DNA of 64,000 nt from a virus. Positions 20,053 to 29,639 of this stretch are shown piece by piece; positions within the stretch are counted from its first letter, which is position 1, and every line of letters starts with the position of its first letter. The notes below the pieces were generated by a model that saw only the letters and a program-made list of their open reading frames with translations, made no database searches and was not told the origin of the DNA. The translations under genes were made by a program, and so were the position numbers. The DNA lies in the IMG/VR virus record IMGVR_UViG_3300005805_000042, one strand, 5' to 3'.

Positions 20053-20929
20053 GAAGAATACTTTGAATTAGTTGTAATACATCTTTTTTAGCACCTTCCA
20101 TTTCTTTATTAGAGGCCTTTGGTTTGGGATTTGGTCCTTCGAATGGTTTTTTACCAGGATGTGCAGGACGAATAGAGGGTCTCGTACCAGGTTTGGTAGT
20201 TGGTTTAACAGGTGCAGTTTCAGTTTCTGCCTCACCCATAGATTGTAACATCCCTAAATCCCCAATAGGACGACTCATACGAACGCTCTTTCCTCTTTTA
20301 GATTTTGGTTTGTAAACCGAGCGACGAATGACACCTTGTTCGGCAATCATATTCAATATTTCTGTTTTTGTCATTTTTGGTTCTAAATAATTTTCAACCA
20401 AAGATACAATTTCTTCTTCAATAAAAAAATCCATCGGAGATTTTCCTTCCTTTAAACTTTTTTTAACTTGTTTAACACATCTTTCAAACTTGGCGTTTTT
20501 CTTAGGACCTAATTGTGCGTGGCATATAGCCCAAGGATTGTTTTCATCTTTTTCTTCTTCTGACATATCCTCCTTTTTATCAATCTCAGTATCACCTAAA
20601 TCACCCATACCATCAGGAGCTTGAACTTGGTGTGGTGCTTGAGTGGTGGCACCACCTTGAGCACTACCCATATAGTCCACATCATCTTCAGTCATCTCAG
20701 TTTCGATACGAACATTAATACCTCTTGAAGTTAAATCTTTAAGTTTCTGTGGTTCCGCTTTTTCAGCGGAAATCATAACAGCGCCTTGTTCTAAGATTGC
20801 AAGTTTTTCTAAGAGCACATCGATTTGAGTTTCATTCAATTTTACAACGGTTGTTGGTGATAATCCCATTTCTACCAATTTAACAATTTTTTCCTTAGTT
20901 TTCATATACAACTTTTTTTTCGAACTCAA
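20036..20929 (-). CDS. Hypothetical protein, probable internal head protein
   Basis: Multiple (L/I/M)xE sites; Pro/Lys-rich tail. Confidence 0.7.
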   Translation of the reverse strand: MSSKKKLYMKTKEKIVKLVEMGLSPTTVVKLNETQIDVLLEKLAILEQGAVMISAEKAEPQKLKDLTSRGINVRIETEMTEDDVDYMGSAQGGATTQAPHQVQAPDGMGDLGDTEIDKKEDMSEEEKDENNPWAICHAQLGPKKNAKFERCVKQVKKSLKEGKSPMDFFIEEEIVSLVENYLEPKMTKTEILNMIAEQGVIRRSVYKPKSKRGKSVRMSRPIGDLGMLQSMGEAETETAPVKPTTKPGTRPSIRPAHPGKKPFEGPNPKPKASNKEMEGAKKDVLQLIQSILRDGKK

Positions 20930-21290
20930 GAATTAGGTCTTTTTCGTAAAGTTTATTTTTTACCGATTCTTCTTCTTCACCAAATTTAAACACCAATCGA
21001 TTGTTTTCATCGTACTCTTCAATTTCCCAACCTAAAGCAATAACACCGTCCATGGCATCGGACATATTGAAATAATCTGAGTTTTGAACAAGTTCCAATT
21101 TGACATCTGAGTTTCTAAGTACTCCGACTTTATTGATATGTTCCAATTTAGGTGGTGTGGGATATCCACCAGAAGGTGACGACTCCCATGAATCACCCCA
21201 CACATCTAAGTTTTCAGAAAATATAAATTCGTAGAGATTGTTTCCCTTATAATCAGGACCTAGTCCATTGATATAAGTTAGATATCTCAT
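20895..21290 (-). CDS. Hypothetical protein
   Basis: 131 aa, overlapping both neighbours. Confidence 0.7.
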   Translation of the reverse strand: MRYLTYINGLGPDYKGNNLYEFIFSENLDVWGDSWESSPSGGYPTPPKLEHINKVGVLRNSDVKLELVQNSDYFNMSDAMDGVIALGWEIEEYDENNRLVFKFGEEEESVKNKLYEKDLILEFEKKVVYEN

Positions 21291-22453
21291 AAAACTATTC
21301 CTTCGACAGAGATTTTAATTTGTTTATTTTTATTTTCAAATACCAAATTCTTTTTATTTGTTCTACCAACAAATTCAAAATTTGAGTTTTCTTCTAAAAA
21401 CTTCTTACTTGCCAACTCTTGTTCGATGGTCTCTGATAAAGTTTCAATTTTTGAAATAAACGAATTAACTTTTTTCTTGTTTTCACTTTTTCTTTCCTCA
21501 AACAACTTTTTTGAAAGTTCTACTTCTGAATCCGTGACCTCAAAATACTTACTGAGGACTTTGTCGATATTGCTTTCCCTAACCGAGTTGTAGTCATAGT
21601 CTTCAGAACCCATACCTTCCATAGGTTCTTCCATAGAAACTTCATCCTCAAAATCTAAATCCATTTCAGTTTCTCCACCCATATCTGAATCCATTTCAAC
21701 ATCAGCTTCCACATCTTCAAACTTAGACATAATGTCCTCCATGTCCTCAGGGTCTAATTTAGTCAAATCAAGAGCTGAAAGAACCATGTTAATAACATAT
21801 TTAATATCCTCAGAGGACATTCCTTCTTGGTCTTCGAGGGCTCTCATTTTTTGGGTCAATTTACCAGTAAGTTTTTGAATTACTTTAAAAGAAACTCTTT
21901 CTTCCATATCTTCACCACCTGTCATAGGTTCTTCAGCGGGAACATCCAAATTAAGTTCTGTGTCCATACCTAAATCGAGTTCATCGTCACCACCCATGTC
22001 GTCCATAGGTAGTTCAGGCGCCGGAAGTGCCATTGGTTCTGCGGGAACCGCAGGTGTAACAACTTCAGGTGTTGGTGGGGTTGGTGTTTTTAAAACAAAT
22101 TTCTTTTGTTCACCAAACAATTTAACTTCTTCGTTTTGTCCGTTAAGCTCATTGTTTTCTTTAATTATTAAATTTAACTTTCTAAGAGCTTGTGAGTATG
22201 AGGAGTGATACTTTCTATTTTTCATTGGTTCCATGTAATCTAAAGTGGATTCGTTAATCCCCTTTTTGATAATGTAACCTTGTTTCTCTTTTACAATGTG
22301 GTAATCCATTCCATCAGGTAAATTAATGGAATATTCTGTTGCACCTTCTTTAATGCCTGTTGATGACGTACGGTAGGTGGCAATCTCCATAATTCTTTTT
22401 AATTTATCGGCTCCTTCGAGTTTTTCGCTACCGATTGCTTTTAATTTTGCCAT
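21287..22453 (-). CDS. Hypothetical acidic protein, probable head core component
   Basis: D/E/M-rich low-complexity segments like the scaffold; many IxE sites. Confidence 0.75.
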   Translation of the reverse strand: MAKLKAIGSEKLEGADKLKRIMEIATYRTSSTGIKEGATEYSINLPDGMDYHIVKEKQGYIIKKGINESTLDYMEPMKNRKYHSSYSQALRKLNLIIKENNELNGQNEEVKLFGEQKKFVLKTPTPPTPEVVTPAVPAEPMALPAPELPMDDMGGDDELDLGMDTELNLDVPAEEPMTGGEDMEERVSFKVIQKLTGKLTQKMRALEDQEGMSSEDIKYVINMVLSALDLTKLDPEDMEDIMSKFEDVEADVEMDSDMGGETEMDLDFEDEVSMEEPMEGMGSEDYDYNSVRESNIDKVLSKYFEVTDSEVELSKKLFEERKSENKKKVNSFISKIETLSETIEQELASKKFLEENSNFEFVGRTNKKNLVFENKNKQIKISVEGIVL

Positions 22454-22472
22454 GGTTTTTTTTTATTAATTT

Positions 22473-23282
22473 TTAGTTGTTAAGGCCGTGCATACCCCCT
22501 AGTTGTACCGCACTTAAATCGATTACTGTCCCTTGTTTTTCTCCATCGGGACCAACAGGAACCCAATCGGCTGGATGTGGGTATGGAGCAGTGGTTGGTG
22601 CAGCATCTCCACAAGTTACACAAGCCTCGGCTTCATACTGAACATTTACATCAAATACACCAAAAGGTGTTGGTGTAGGTGTTGGAGTTGAAGTTGTTGT
22701 TGCCGTAGGACTAGCGGTAATACTCGGAGTCGGTGTATTTGTGAGTGTTGTTGTGGGTGTTGGAGTTTTAGTTGCGGTGTTAGTTGGTGTATTAGTTACA
22801 GTTGCAGTATTTGTAGGTGTTTGAGTAACTGTTGGTGTTGGGGTACTTGTGGTCGTACTACTTGGTGTTTGTGTTTGAGTATTTGTTGGAGTGGTGGTTG
22901 GTGTACTAGTATTTGTGGGCGTTGCAGTGGCGGATGATGTTATACTTGGTGTTGGTGTACGGGAAGCTGTTATACTTGGTGTTGGAGTCACCGTGTTCGT
23001 AGGGGTGTTTGTTGGTGTTTGTGTGGGTGTAGATGTTGGTGATTCCGTTGGTGTTGGTGTTAAGTCTCCCAAACAATCAACACAATTTTCCCATGGACCA
23101 TTGAATACTGTTACAATTTGTGCAAGTGGAGTTTCATCAAAAGTAGTAAGGGTCCAACAACCAATGTTTGTTGCCCCTGCTAATAATTCATAAATTCTAC
23201 CCGAAACAATTGTAGATTCAGTAGCTAAATATCTGAAGGGTTGCCCCGTACAAGAAATTCCAATAAAATAATTCAACGCCAT
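22473..23282 (-). CDS. Thr/Pro-rich (mucin-like) late virion protein
   Basis: Long TPT repeats between Cys-containing ends; TATAAATA at 23295-23302. Confidence 0.75.
   Translation of the reverse strand: MALNYFIGISCTGQPFRYLATESTIVSGRIYELLAGATNIGCWTLTTFDETPLAQIVTVFNGPWENCVDCLGDLTPTPTESPTSTPTQTPTNTPTNTVTPTPSITASRTPTPSITSSATATPTNTSTPTTTPTNTQTQTPSSTTTSTPTPTVTQTPTNTATVTNTPTNTATKTPTPTTTLTNTPTPSITASPTATTTSTPTPTPTPFGVFDVNVQYEAEACVTCGDAAPTTAPYPHPADWVPVGPDGEKQGTVIDLSAVQLGGMHGLNN
22660..23060 (-). repeat. Thr-Pro low-complexity coding repeat
   Basis: Recurrent GTTGGTGT units. Confidence 0.8.
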
Positions 23283-23347
23283 GGACTTTTTTTCTATAAA
23301 TATTGTCGGTTAATAATAACTTTAATAAATAAATATCTAAAATGGTA

Positions 23348-24100
23348 TTAATCTACCAATTTTACTTCAACTGATAATTCTTTGTCTGTTTGACGACTAA
23401 CAGTATTATAGAGTTTTTCCAGCAATCCTGACCTACGAAGGTACTTAAACACTAAATTTTCATAGGAATATTCCCCCTCTTTTTCGAGTCCCGACTTACG
23501 ATAATCTTTTAATTTTTTTTTCAGTTTCTCAACTTTTTCTTCGTTGGCTTTGAGTCCTTCTTTTTTGATGTTGGTAATAAGATTCTCTATTTTGTCTTTC
23601 CAACCATCGATTTTGGTGGTTAGAACACCTCTTTCGAGTTGTGGTTTTTCTTTCGAGGGTTTAGAAATCCACTCATCATTTAACACCGAATATACTCCCG
23701 AGGCAAAATGCATCTCCTCAGAATCTTGTGGGTATAGTTCAACTTCGTATCCAAAAATTTTGATGTCGTGTTTGTCGTTAAATATCTGTTTTTTAAGACC
23801 AAATAAATCTCTGTAAAGTTGAGATTGTTTTCCGAATTGTTTGTAATCGATAATAAGATGTAGGTCAAAGTCTGAATATTCTGACCAGTTGTAGTTTGAT
23901 AGACTACCTGTTAGGACTACATCTTCAACTTCCAAGTCATCTATTAATGTATCCCCAAATGCTTCGGCAATTTTCATAAGAGCTTCTCTTACTTTTGGTT
24001 TAATCACCGCTTCTGAGGCATCGTCATAGTTTTCCCATACCTTTGGGTTAAGGGTGTCTCTAACTGTGAAGCTCTGAAGTATGGTTGATAGTTGGGCCAT
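23348..24100 (-). CDS. Pol-beta superfamily nucleotidyltransferase
   Basis: LTGSLSNYNWSEYSDFDLHL (GS...DxD motif). Confidence 0.8.
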   Translation of the reverse strand: MAQLSTILQSFTVRDTLNPKVWENYDDASEAVIKPKVREALMKIAEAFGDTLIDDLEVEDVVLTGSLSNYNWSEYSDFDLHLIIDYKQFGKQSQLYRDLFGLKKQIFNDKHDIKIFGYEVELYPQDSEEMHFASGVYSVLNDEWISKPSKEKPQLERGVLTTKIDGWKDKIENLITNIKKEGLKANEEKVEKLKKKLKDYRKSGLEKEGEYSYENLVFKYLRRSGLLEKLYNTVSRQTDKELSVEVKLVD

Positions 24101-24120
24101 CTGAGATAAATACCTACTTA

Positions 24121-24363
24121 TTAGAGTTTGGTGTATTTAAATTTTTTGGCAATATCACTTGAGAAGTATTTCCCTTGAGATTCTGCCATTCTAAACTTTG
24201 TGTAGGTTTGATGTGGAACTTCATTATATTGGTATTTTGTTCCATTTTTAAATTCTACGACCATTTCTTTAGACTCGGTATCATAGACACTTTTAATGAT
24301 TGTTGTTGAATCAATCTCATTGATGATTTTTGTTCCGTCTATAGTTTCTTTTTTTACTCCCAT
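24121..24363 (-). CDS. KTSC domain protein
   Basis: STTIIKSVYD....EMVVEFKNGTKYQYNEVP......A.SQGKYF. Confidence 0.9.
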   Translation of the reverse strand: MGVKKETIDGTKIINEIDSTTIIKSVYDTESKEMVVEFKNGTKYQYNEVPHQTYTKFRMAESQGKYFSSDIAKKFKYTKL

Positions 24364-24465
24364 TGTAAAGATGTTTTTATAAGTTAATTTACTAGTGTAT
24401 TGTTAATTGATAAATACAAAAAACCCTCAACTTACGCTGAGGGTCAAAAACAGGGTCTTTGATTA

Positions 24466-24891
24466 TTAGGAAAGTTTCTTTATTTCATCTCTTAGTTCAA
24501 TTGCTTTTTCATAGTCTTGTTGGTCAACTGCTTTTGTTAGTTGTAAGTTAAGGTTTTCGAGTTTAACTTTATTGTCTTCCAAGTTTTTAATCTTGTCACG
24601 AAGCTCCACCGCTTTTTCAAACTCTTGAAGGTTCACCGCATTTTGGAGTTCTTTTCTAAGACGCTCCAAGGTATTTTGTTCTGCGGGTTGTGGAGAGTTC
24701 CCGTAGGTTGACCTAAAAATCGTTGTAAATTGAATCATACCATCTTCAGAGGTAAAGGTTTCTTTTGACCAATCACCATTCTCATCCTTACCATTCTCTT
24801 TTTGTGTTTTACCTTTAAAGATAAATGGGTCTTGGTTTAACAGTGAGTTAAAAAGGTTGTCAAATTCATTAAATAATTTTCTTCTAAACAT
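24466..24891 (-). CDS. Tandem UVR (UvrB/C) motif protein, McsA-like
   Basis: LRKELQNAVNLQEFEKAVELRDKIK and LQLTKAVDQQDYEKAIELRDEIK. Confidence 0.85.
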   Translation of the reverse strand: MFRRKLFNEFDNLFNSLLNQDPFIFKGKTQKENGKDENGDWSKETFTSEDGMIQFTTIFRSTYGNSPQPAEQNTLERLRKELQNAVNLQEFEKAVELRDKIKNLEDNKVKLENLNLQLTKAVDQQDYEKAIELRDEIKKLS

Positions 24892-24957
24892 TTTTTATAT
24901 TTTTTAATTTTTTTATTTGACCCTAATAAGTCAATCCCCGTACCAAATCAAAGTAAC

Positions 24958-25011
24958 TGACAAAATGTCTGAATTAGTTTTATTTAGAAATATTTTTATG
25001 ACATCTTGTCA
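24958..25011. promoter_or_regulatory. Two TGACA-N3-TGTC(A/T) inverted-repeat boxes in a divergent promoter
   Basis: TGACAAAATGTCT at 24958-24970 and TGACATCTTGTCA at 24999-25011. Confidence 0.5.
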
Positions 25012-25089
25012 ATTACTAACAAAATTCTGACAGGGGTTTGGAATTGTCCTTTTTTTGATTAACCTTTGTACAAATCAATTCTATAAATT

Positions 25090-27090
25090 ATGAACGACAC
25101 ATTAGGCGACGACGATAAGACACTCTCAAGGAAGAAACCTACCTCTGAATCGGGTACTCCCGTATTGGATAACTTTTCTCGTGACTTGAACAAATTGGCA
25201 GAACAAGGAAAACTTGACCCAGTAATAGGTCGGGAGAAAGAGATTATTCGTATTGCTCAAATCCTTTCCCGTAGAAAGAAGAACAACCCTATTATCTTGG
25301 GGGAGCCAGGCTCAGGTAAAACCGCTTTGATTGAGGGATTAGCGTCTCTTATTATCAATGGAGAATGTCCCAAAAATCTTCTTGACAAGCGTATTGTCAA
25401 TTTAGACCTTACCGCTGTGGTGGCAGGGACAAAGTATCGTGGTCAGTTCGAGGAGCGTCTAAAGGTTATCCTTGAGGAACTCTCCAACAATCCCAACATC
25501 ATTGTCTTTATCGATGAGATACACACATTGATTGGTTCAGGTAACTCAACAGGTAGTTTAGACGGTTCAAACATCTTTAAACCCGCACTTGCTCGTGGAG
25601 AAATTCAATGTATCGGTGCCACTACCTTGGATGAGTATCGTAAGTCATTTGAAAAAGACGGGGCTTTGGAGCGTAGATTCCAAAAGGTCATTGTAGACCC
25701 CTCATCAGTTGAGGAAACCATTCAAATTCTCACTCACATCAAAGACCGATACGAATCGTTCCACAAAGTGTCCTACTCTCAAGAAGTAATCGAACTTTGC
25801 GTGAAGCTCGCAGACCGATATATCACCGACCGTGAGTTCCCCGACAAAGCCTTTGACATCTTGGATGAAGTCGGTGCTCGTAGTCAAACCGAGCAAAAAA
25901 TTCCTGAAGTAATTGAAGAACTAAAACTCAAGGCTTCGGAAATCAAACAACAAAAAATGGATGTTGTAAAGAAACAGAACTACGAAGAAGCGGCAGCACT
26001 AAGGGATAAGGAGCGTAAAATCCTTGCTAAACTCGAAGAGGAAAAGCGGAAATACGCTGAAGAATCCTCAACAACTCGTATCCCAATTTCGGTGGAACAA
26101 GTCTACGATGTTGTTTCCAACATGACCAAAATCCCTGTGAGTAAAATGTCAGTTGACGATATTAACGCTCTTATTAATATGGACAAAACCCTTATGGAAA
26201 AGGTAATTGGTCAAGACGATGCGGTGTCTAAAATTGTCAAATCAATCCGTCGTAACCGAATCGGAATCAAAGACCCTAACCGTCCTATTGGTTCATTTAT
26301 CTTCTTAGGTTCAACAGGTGTGGGTAAGACCCACTTGGCAAAACAGATTGCTAAGGAGATGTTCGGGTCAGAGGATGCGTTGATTCGAGTCGACATGAGT
26401 GAATATCAAGAGAAACACACACTGTCTCGTTTGGTGGGAGCACCTCCAGGATATGTCGGTTACGAAGAAGGTGGACAGCTTACCGAGCAGGTGAAAAACA
26501 AACCATATGCGGTTATCCTATTCGATGAGGTTGAGAAAGCCCACAAGGACATTTTCTCAATTCTCCTTCAGATTCTTGACGATGGTCACGCCACCGATTC
26601 CCTCGGTCGAAAAATCAACTTTAAGAACACCCTTATCATCATGACCACCAACCTCGGAGTCAAGAAACTTCAAGACTTTGGAGCTGGTATCGGGTTCTCC
26701 TCTAACAAGTACTCAAACGAGGAGGCTAAGAAGCAAATCTTGATGAAGGAAATGAAGAACTTCTTTTCCCCCGAGTTCCTAAACCGTATCGATGACACCA
26801 TTGTGTTCCAAACACTCACAAAGGAGAATATCGATAAGATTGTAGGACTAGAACTTAGTAAACTCTCCAAGCGACTAGGTCACATGAAGTACAAAGTGGT
26901 GATGGACCCTACCCTCACTGAGTACATCGCAAAAGTCGGTTTCGATGATGAATACGGAGCTCGTCCAGTAAAACGAGCCATCCAAGACAAAATCGAAGAT
27001 TACCTATCGGAACTTATCCTAATAGGTAAACTTAAAGAAAATCGAAAATACACCCTAAAGGTGGTAAATGAAGAGGTAAAAATCTCTTAA
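25090..27090 (+). CDS. clpC: ClpC-type AAA+ unfoldase lacking the N-terminal domain
   Basis: Two Walker A motifs (GEPGSGKT, GSTGVGKT), a UVR-type middle domain and an IGF ClpP-docking loop (GAGIGF). Confidence 0.9.
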   Translation: MNDTLGDDDKTLSRKKPTSESGTPVLDNFSRDLNKLAEQGKLDPVIGREKEIIRIAQILSRRKKNNPIILGEPGSGKTALIEGLASLIINGECPKNLLDKRIVNLDLTAVVAGTKYRGQFEERLKVILEELSNNPNIIVFIDEIHTLIGSGNSTGSLDGSNIFKPALARGEIQCIGATTLDEYRKSFEKDGALERRFQKVIVDPSSVEETIQILTHIKDRYESFHKVSYSQEVIELCVKLADRYITDREFPDKAFDILDEVGARSQTEQKIPEVIEELKLKASEIKQQKMDVVKKQNYEEAAALRDKERKILAKLEEEKRKYAEESSTTRIPISVEQVYDVVSNMTKIPVSKMSVDDINALINMDKTLMEKVIGQDDAVSKIVKSIRRNRIGIKDPNRPIGSFIFLGSTGVGKTHLAKQIAKEMFGSEDALIRVDMSEYQEKHTLSRLVGAPPGYVGYEEGGQLTEQVKNKPYAVILFDEVEKAHKDIFSILLQILDDGHATDSLGRKINFKNTLIIMTTNLGVKKLQDFGAGIGFSSNKYSNEEAKKQILMKEMKNFFSPEFLNRIDDTIVFQTLTKENIDKIVGLELSKLSKRLGHMKYKVVMDPTLTEYIAKVGFDDEYGARPVKRAIQDKIEDYLSELILIGKLKENRKYTLKVVNEEVKIS

Positions 27091-27093
27091 CAT

Positions 27094-27122
27094 AAAAGGG
27101 GGGACGAAAGTCTCCCTTTTTT
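27094..27122 (+). terminator. Intrinsic terminator
   Basis: GGGGGAC-GAAA-GTCTCCC followed by a T run. Confidence 0.75.
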
Positions 27123-27156
27123 ATTTCTACGAGGTATTTATTACAAAAATACTTTA

Positions 27157-27498
27157 ATGAAAAAAATCGTTAAATTGACCGAAAGTGACCTTACAAGAAT
27201 TATTGAGAGAGTCATTTCAGAACAAGAAAAGATAGAACTACCTGCAAAGGAGTTAAAATCGGTTATCGAACCAGCCAAAGTTGCTCAAATTAAATCTCAA
27301 GCAGATGTATTGGCTCAAGACACAGAGTTAATCAAAAATACATTGGATTTAATTAGAAGAATTGACCCTGAGGCGTATCGTATGATTACCAAGGGACAAA
27401 CAACAAGCCCTAAAAGAACCGTTTTGGGGGATGCAATTATCGGTGGAACTTTATTGTCATTAATTTACACCATAATGGCTGAACTAAAAGGTCAATAA
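27157..27498 (+). CDS. LTESDL-leader family protein with a C-terminal hydrophobic helix
   Basis: MKKIVKLTESDLTRIIERVISEQ; TATTTAT at 27135-27141. Confidence 0.8.
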   Translation: MKKIVKLTESDLTRIIERVISEQEKIELPAKELKSVIEPAKVAQIKSQADVLAQDTELIKNTLDLIRRIDPEAYRMITKGQTTSPKRTVLGDAIIGGTLLSLIYTIMAELKGQ

Positions 27499-27499
27499 T

Positions 27500-28072
27500 A
27501 TGAAAATTTTAATTTCAGAATCACAATATAAAGTTCTTGTTGAACAAGAAAGTGATGATGTGTGTGTACAAGATGAACTTGACACATTAAACGATTTCTT
27601 AGGTGGCATTGTCACGGTTGAACCCGAAGACATCGGTGGAGAACTCAGTCACGAAGATTTACTTTCCACAGTTACCGACCCCAAAGAAAAAAACATGTTG
27701 ACCAAGGTTTTAAATAACCTTTCACAAATGAACATGGAACAACTCAGAGACCAACTTAAAAAGGTTATGTCCATGAAAAATCTCAAAGAACAAGAAACTC
27801 CTTATATGGATAGAACAACCGAAATCGGTGGAGTTCAAGTTCCAACAGCGGTAGTTCATGGGTCATTAGGTTTATTGGCAATTGCAATTCTCACCAAAAT
27901 GATTAAAGGTCTCTCAGGTATGGGTACTGGTGGTAGAAGAGGTGGAAGACGAGGTCGTCTTGCATCAAGAGCTACAGGATGTCAAGGAGGAGCCGCAAGA
28001 GCAAAACTCGTTAGAATGAGAAGAAGAAGAGAATCATGGAGACGATTCCTTAAAAAAATCGGATTAAGATAA
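27500..28072 (+). CDS. Leader-family protein with a TM helix and an Arg/Gly-rich tail
   Basis: MKILISESQYKVLVEQ; internal LKEQ. Confidence 0.8.
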   Translation: MKILISESQYKVLVEQESDDVCVQDELDTLNDFLGGIVTVEPEDIGGELSHEDLLSTVTDPKEKNMLTKVLNNLSQMNMEQLRDQLKKVMSMKNLKEQETPYMDRTTEIGGVQVPTAVVHGSLGLLAIAILTKMIKGLSGMGTGGRRGGRRGRLASRATGCQGGAARAKLVRMRRRRESWRRFLKKIGLR

Positions 28073-28093
28073 AAAAATAAAAAAAAAACAAAA

Positions 28094-28393
28094 ATGAACA
28101 AAGTTATCAGACTTACAGAATCAGATTTGGCTAACATCGTTAAACGAGTTATTAGTGAATCTAAAAAGAAACCAAGTAAATCTGAGATATTAAATATGTC
28201 AAAAGATGAACTAAAAGATGTTTATGGTGAATTGGAAGTAAAAGGTGAATATCACGGAAAAAAAGGAACATTCCACCACTTCAAAAGAACTGCAATCGGA
28301 GATGTTGTTTGTAGTTTTAGAACTGACGACACAACACCATCAGGATTAAAAAGAAATACTCAAGGAATTAAAGTAAAAAATTTAGATTTTTAA
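28094..28393 (+). CDS. LTESDL-leader family protein
   Basis: MNKVIRLTESDLANIVKRVISES. Confidence 0.8.
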   Translation: MNKVIRLTESDLANIVKRVISESKKKPSKSEILNMSKDELKDVYGELEVKGEYHGKKGTFHHFKRTAIGDVVCSFRTDDTTPSGLKRNTQGIKVKNLDF

Positions 28394-28397
28394 TATT

Positions 28398-28871
28398 ATG
28401 AAAAAAATAATAAGACTTACAGAATCAGATTTGACAAGAATCATCAAAAGAGTTATTGAAGAACAACAAGAAAACTCTGAAAAATGTCAAAATTTTGCGA
28501 AAAAACGCAAATCCTATAAAGCAAAAGGAGACCGTATTATCAGACTTGCTCCCAAAAAAGCTCAAAATATGCTTAGCTCAATTTTCAATACAGGTTTGGA
28601 AAAAGGTCCCGAAGCGTTTAAAAACGCAGTTCCACAAAATATTAAAGCAGAGTTTCAAAAGAAAATTGCAACACTTAAAAAACCGAAATCTGATATGGAG
28701 GTAGAATCAATGATATCAGATGTTGAAAATGAAGTTAAAAACATTCAAGAACAATTTTACGCCCCAGCTTGGTTTATGCCAGCAGTCATGATTCTCTCAG
28801 TCTTGTTAATCTTAGTTGTGTTGATTTGGGGTATGGAGGATGCTCCACTCTGTGCGGCGTACAGATATTAA
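28398..28871 (+). CDS. LTESDL-leader family protein with a C-terminal TM helix
   Basis: MKKIIRLTESDLTRIIKRVIEEQ; IQEQ followed by FYAPAWFMPAVMILSVLLILVVLIWG. Confidence 0.8.
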   Translation: MKKIIRLTESDLTRIIKRVIEEQQENSEKCQNFAKKRKSYKAKGDRIIRLAPKKAQNMLSSIFNTGLEKGPEAFKNAVPQNIKAEFQKKIATLKKPKSDMEVESMISDVENEVKNIQEQFYAPAWFMPAVMILSVLLILVVLIWGMEDAPLCAAYRY

Positions 28872-28891
28872 AATTTTATCATTACAAACTT

Positions 28892-28928
28892 AAACCCTCC
28901 CTCAAAAAAAGGGGGGGTTTATTTTTTT
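28892..28928 (+). terminator. Intrinsic terminator
   Basis: AAACCCTCCCT..GGGGGGGTTT followed by a T run. Confidence 0.65.
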
Positions 28929-28949
28929 ATGCCTCTATATTTATCAAAG

Positions 28950-29639
28950 ATGAAAGACCTTATTCTCAAAGTTCTTCGTGAGGAGGTAAGCAACGGAAAA
29001 GTAACGTGCGACAATTGTGGTTGGTCTTGGAGTTTGAAAGATGGTGGTCATGACCCATATATTTGTCATCAGTGTAACCACAACAACGAACCCAAAAATT
29101 TAAAAGAATCTTACAAACACCCCAATCAAGAAAGTTTTGACAAATACTTTCTTATAGTAAAAAAATATTGGGATAAAGTTGGTCTTTCTCGGAAATCGGA
29201 AAAAATGGCTGGTAAATATATTTTAGATTCTTCACTAACATTTCCTTTTGCCATAGAGTATCTTGGTGGTACCAAAAAATTTATAAAAGAAATATCAGAT
29301 AAAATTCAAAATCAAGTTTTTGATTGTAAAGAATGTGGGGGATATAATTTCAAGTATTATGTTGATGAGTTTGATGTGGAAAGAAACTACAATTTTCACG
29401 AAATTAATGTTTCGGTAGTCGTTGACACCTCAATATCAGGTAGAACTTACAGCTCCGAAAATTTCAGTTTTACAAATGTAGATTACCAAATATTGTCAAA
29501 CTTGGAAGGTTCTGAATTTTATAGTGAGGTAATCCAAGAACTCAAGGCAATAATTAGTGAAGAATTAGAAAAAAAAATAGATGCACCGTTTGAACTTTGG
29601 GCGGACATTGTACGATTAGATTTTAAAACTTTTGATTAG
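28950..29639 (+). CDS. Late hypothetical protein with a zinc-ribbon (CxxC..CxxC)
   Basis: Start moved to ATG 28950, after TATTTAT at 28938-28944; MKDLILKVLREE leader. Confidence 0.7.
   Translation: MKDLILKVLREEVSNGKVTCDNCGWSWSLKDGGHDPYICHQCNHNNEPKNLKESYKHPNQESFDKYFLIVKKYWDKVGLSRKSEKMAGKYILDSSLTFPFAIEYLGGTKKFIKEISDKIQNQVFDCKECGGYNFKYYVDEFDVERNYNFHEINVSVVVDTSISGRTYSSENFSFTNVDYQILSNLEGSEFYSEVIQELKAIISEELEKKIDAPFELWADIVRLDFKTFD

Noticed and set aside
2620-23193. Antisense or alternate-frame ORFs over structural genes (e.g. 2620-3141, 9333-9575, 19195-19482, 22891-23193)
   Set aside because: They lie fully within well-supported genes, have no promoter motifs, and their composition mirrors the opposite strand.
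25090-27090. ClpB disaggregase assignment
   Set aside because: The short UVR-type middle domain and the IGF loop indicate a ClpP-partnering ClpC type.
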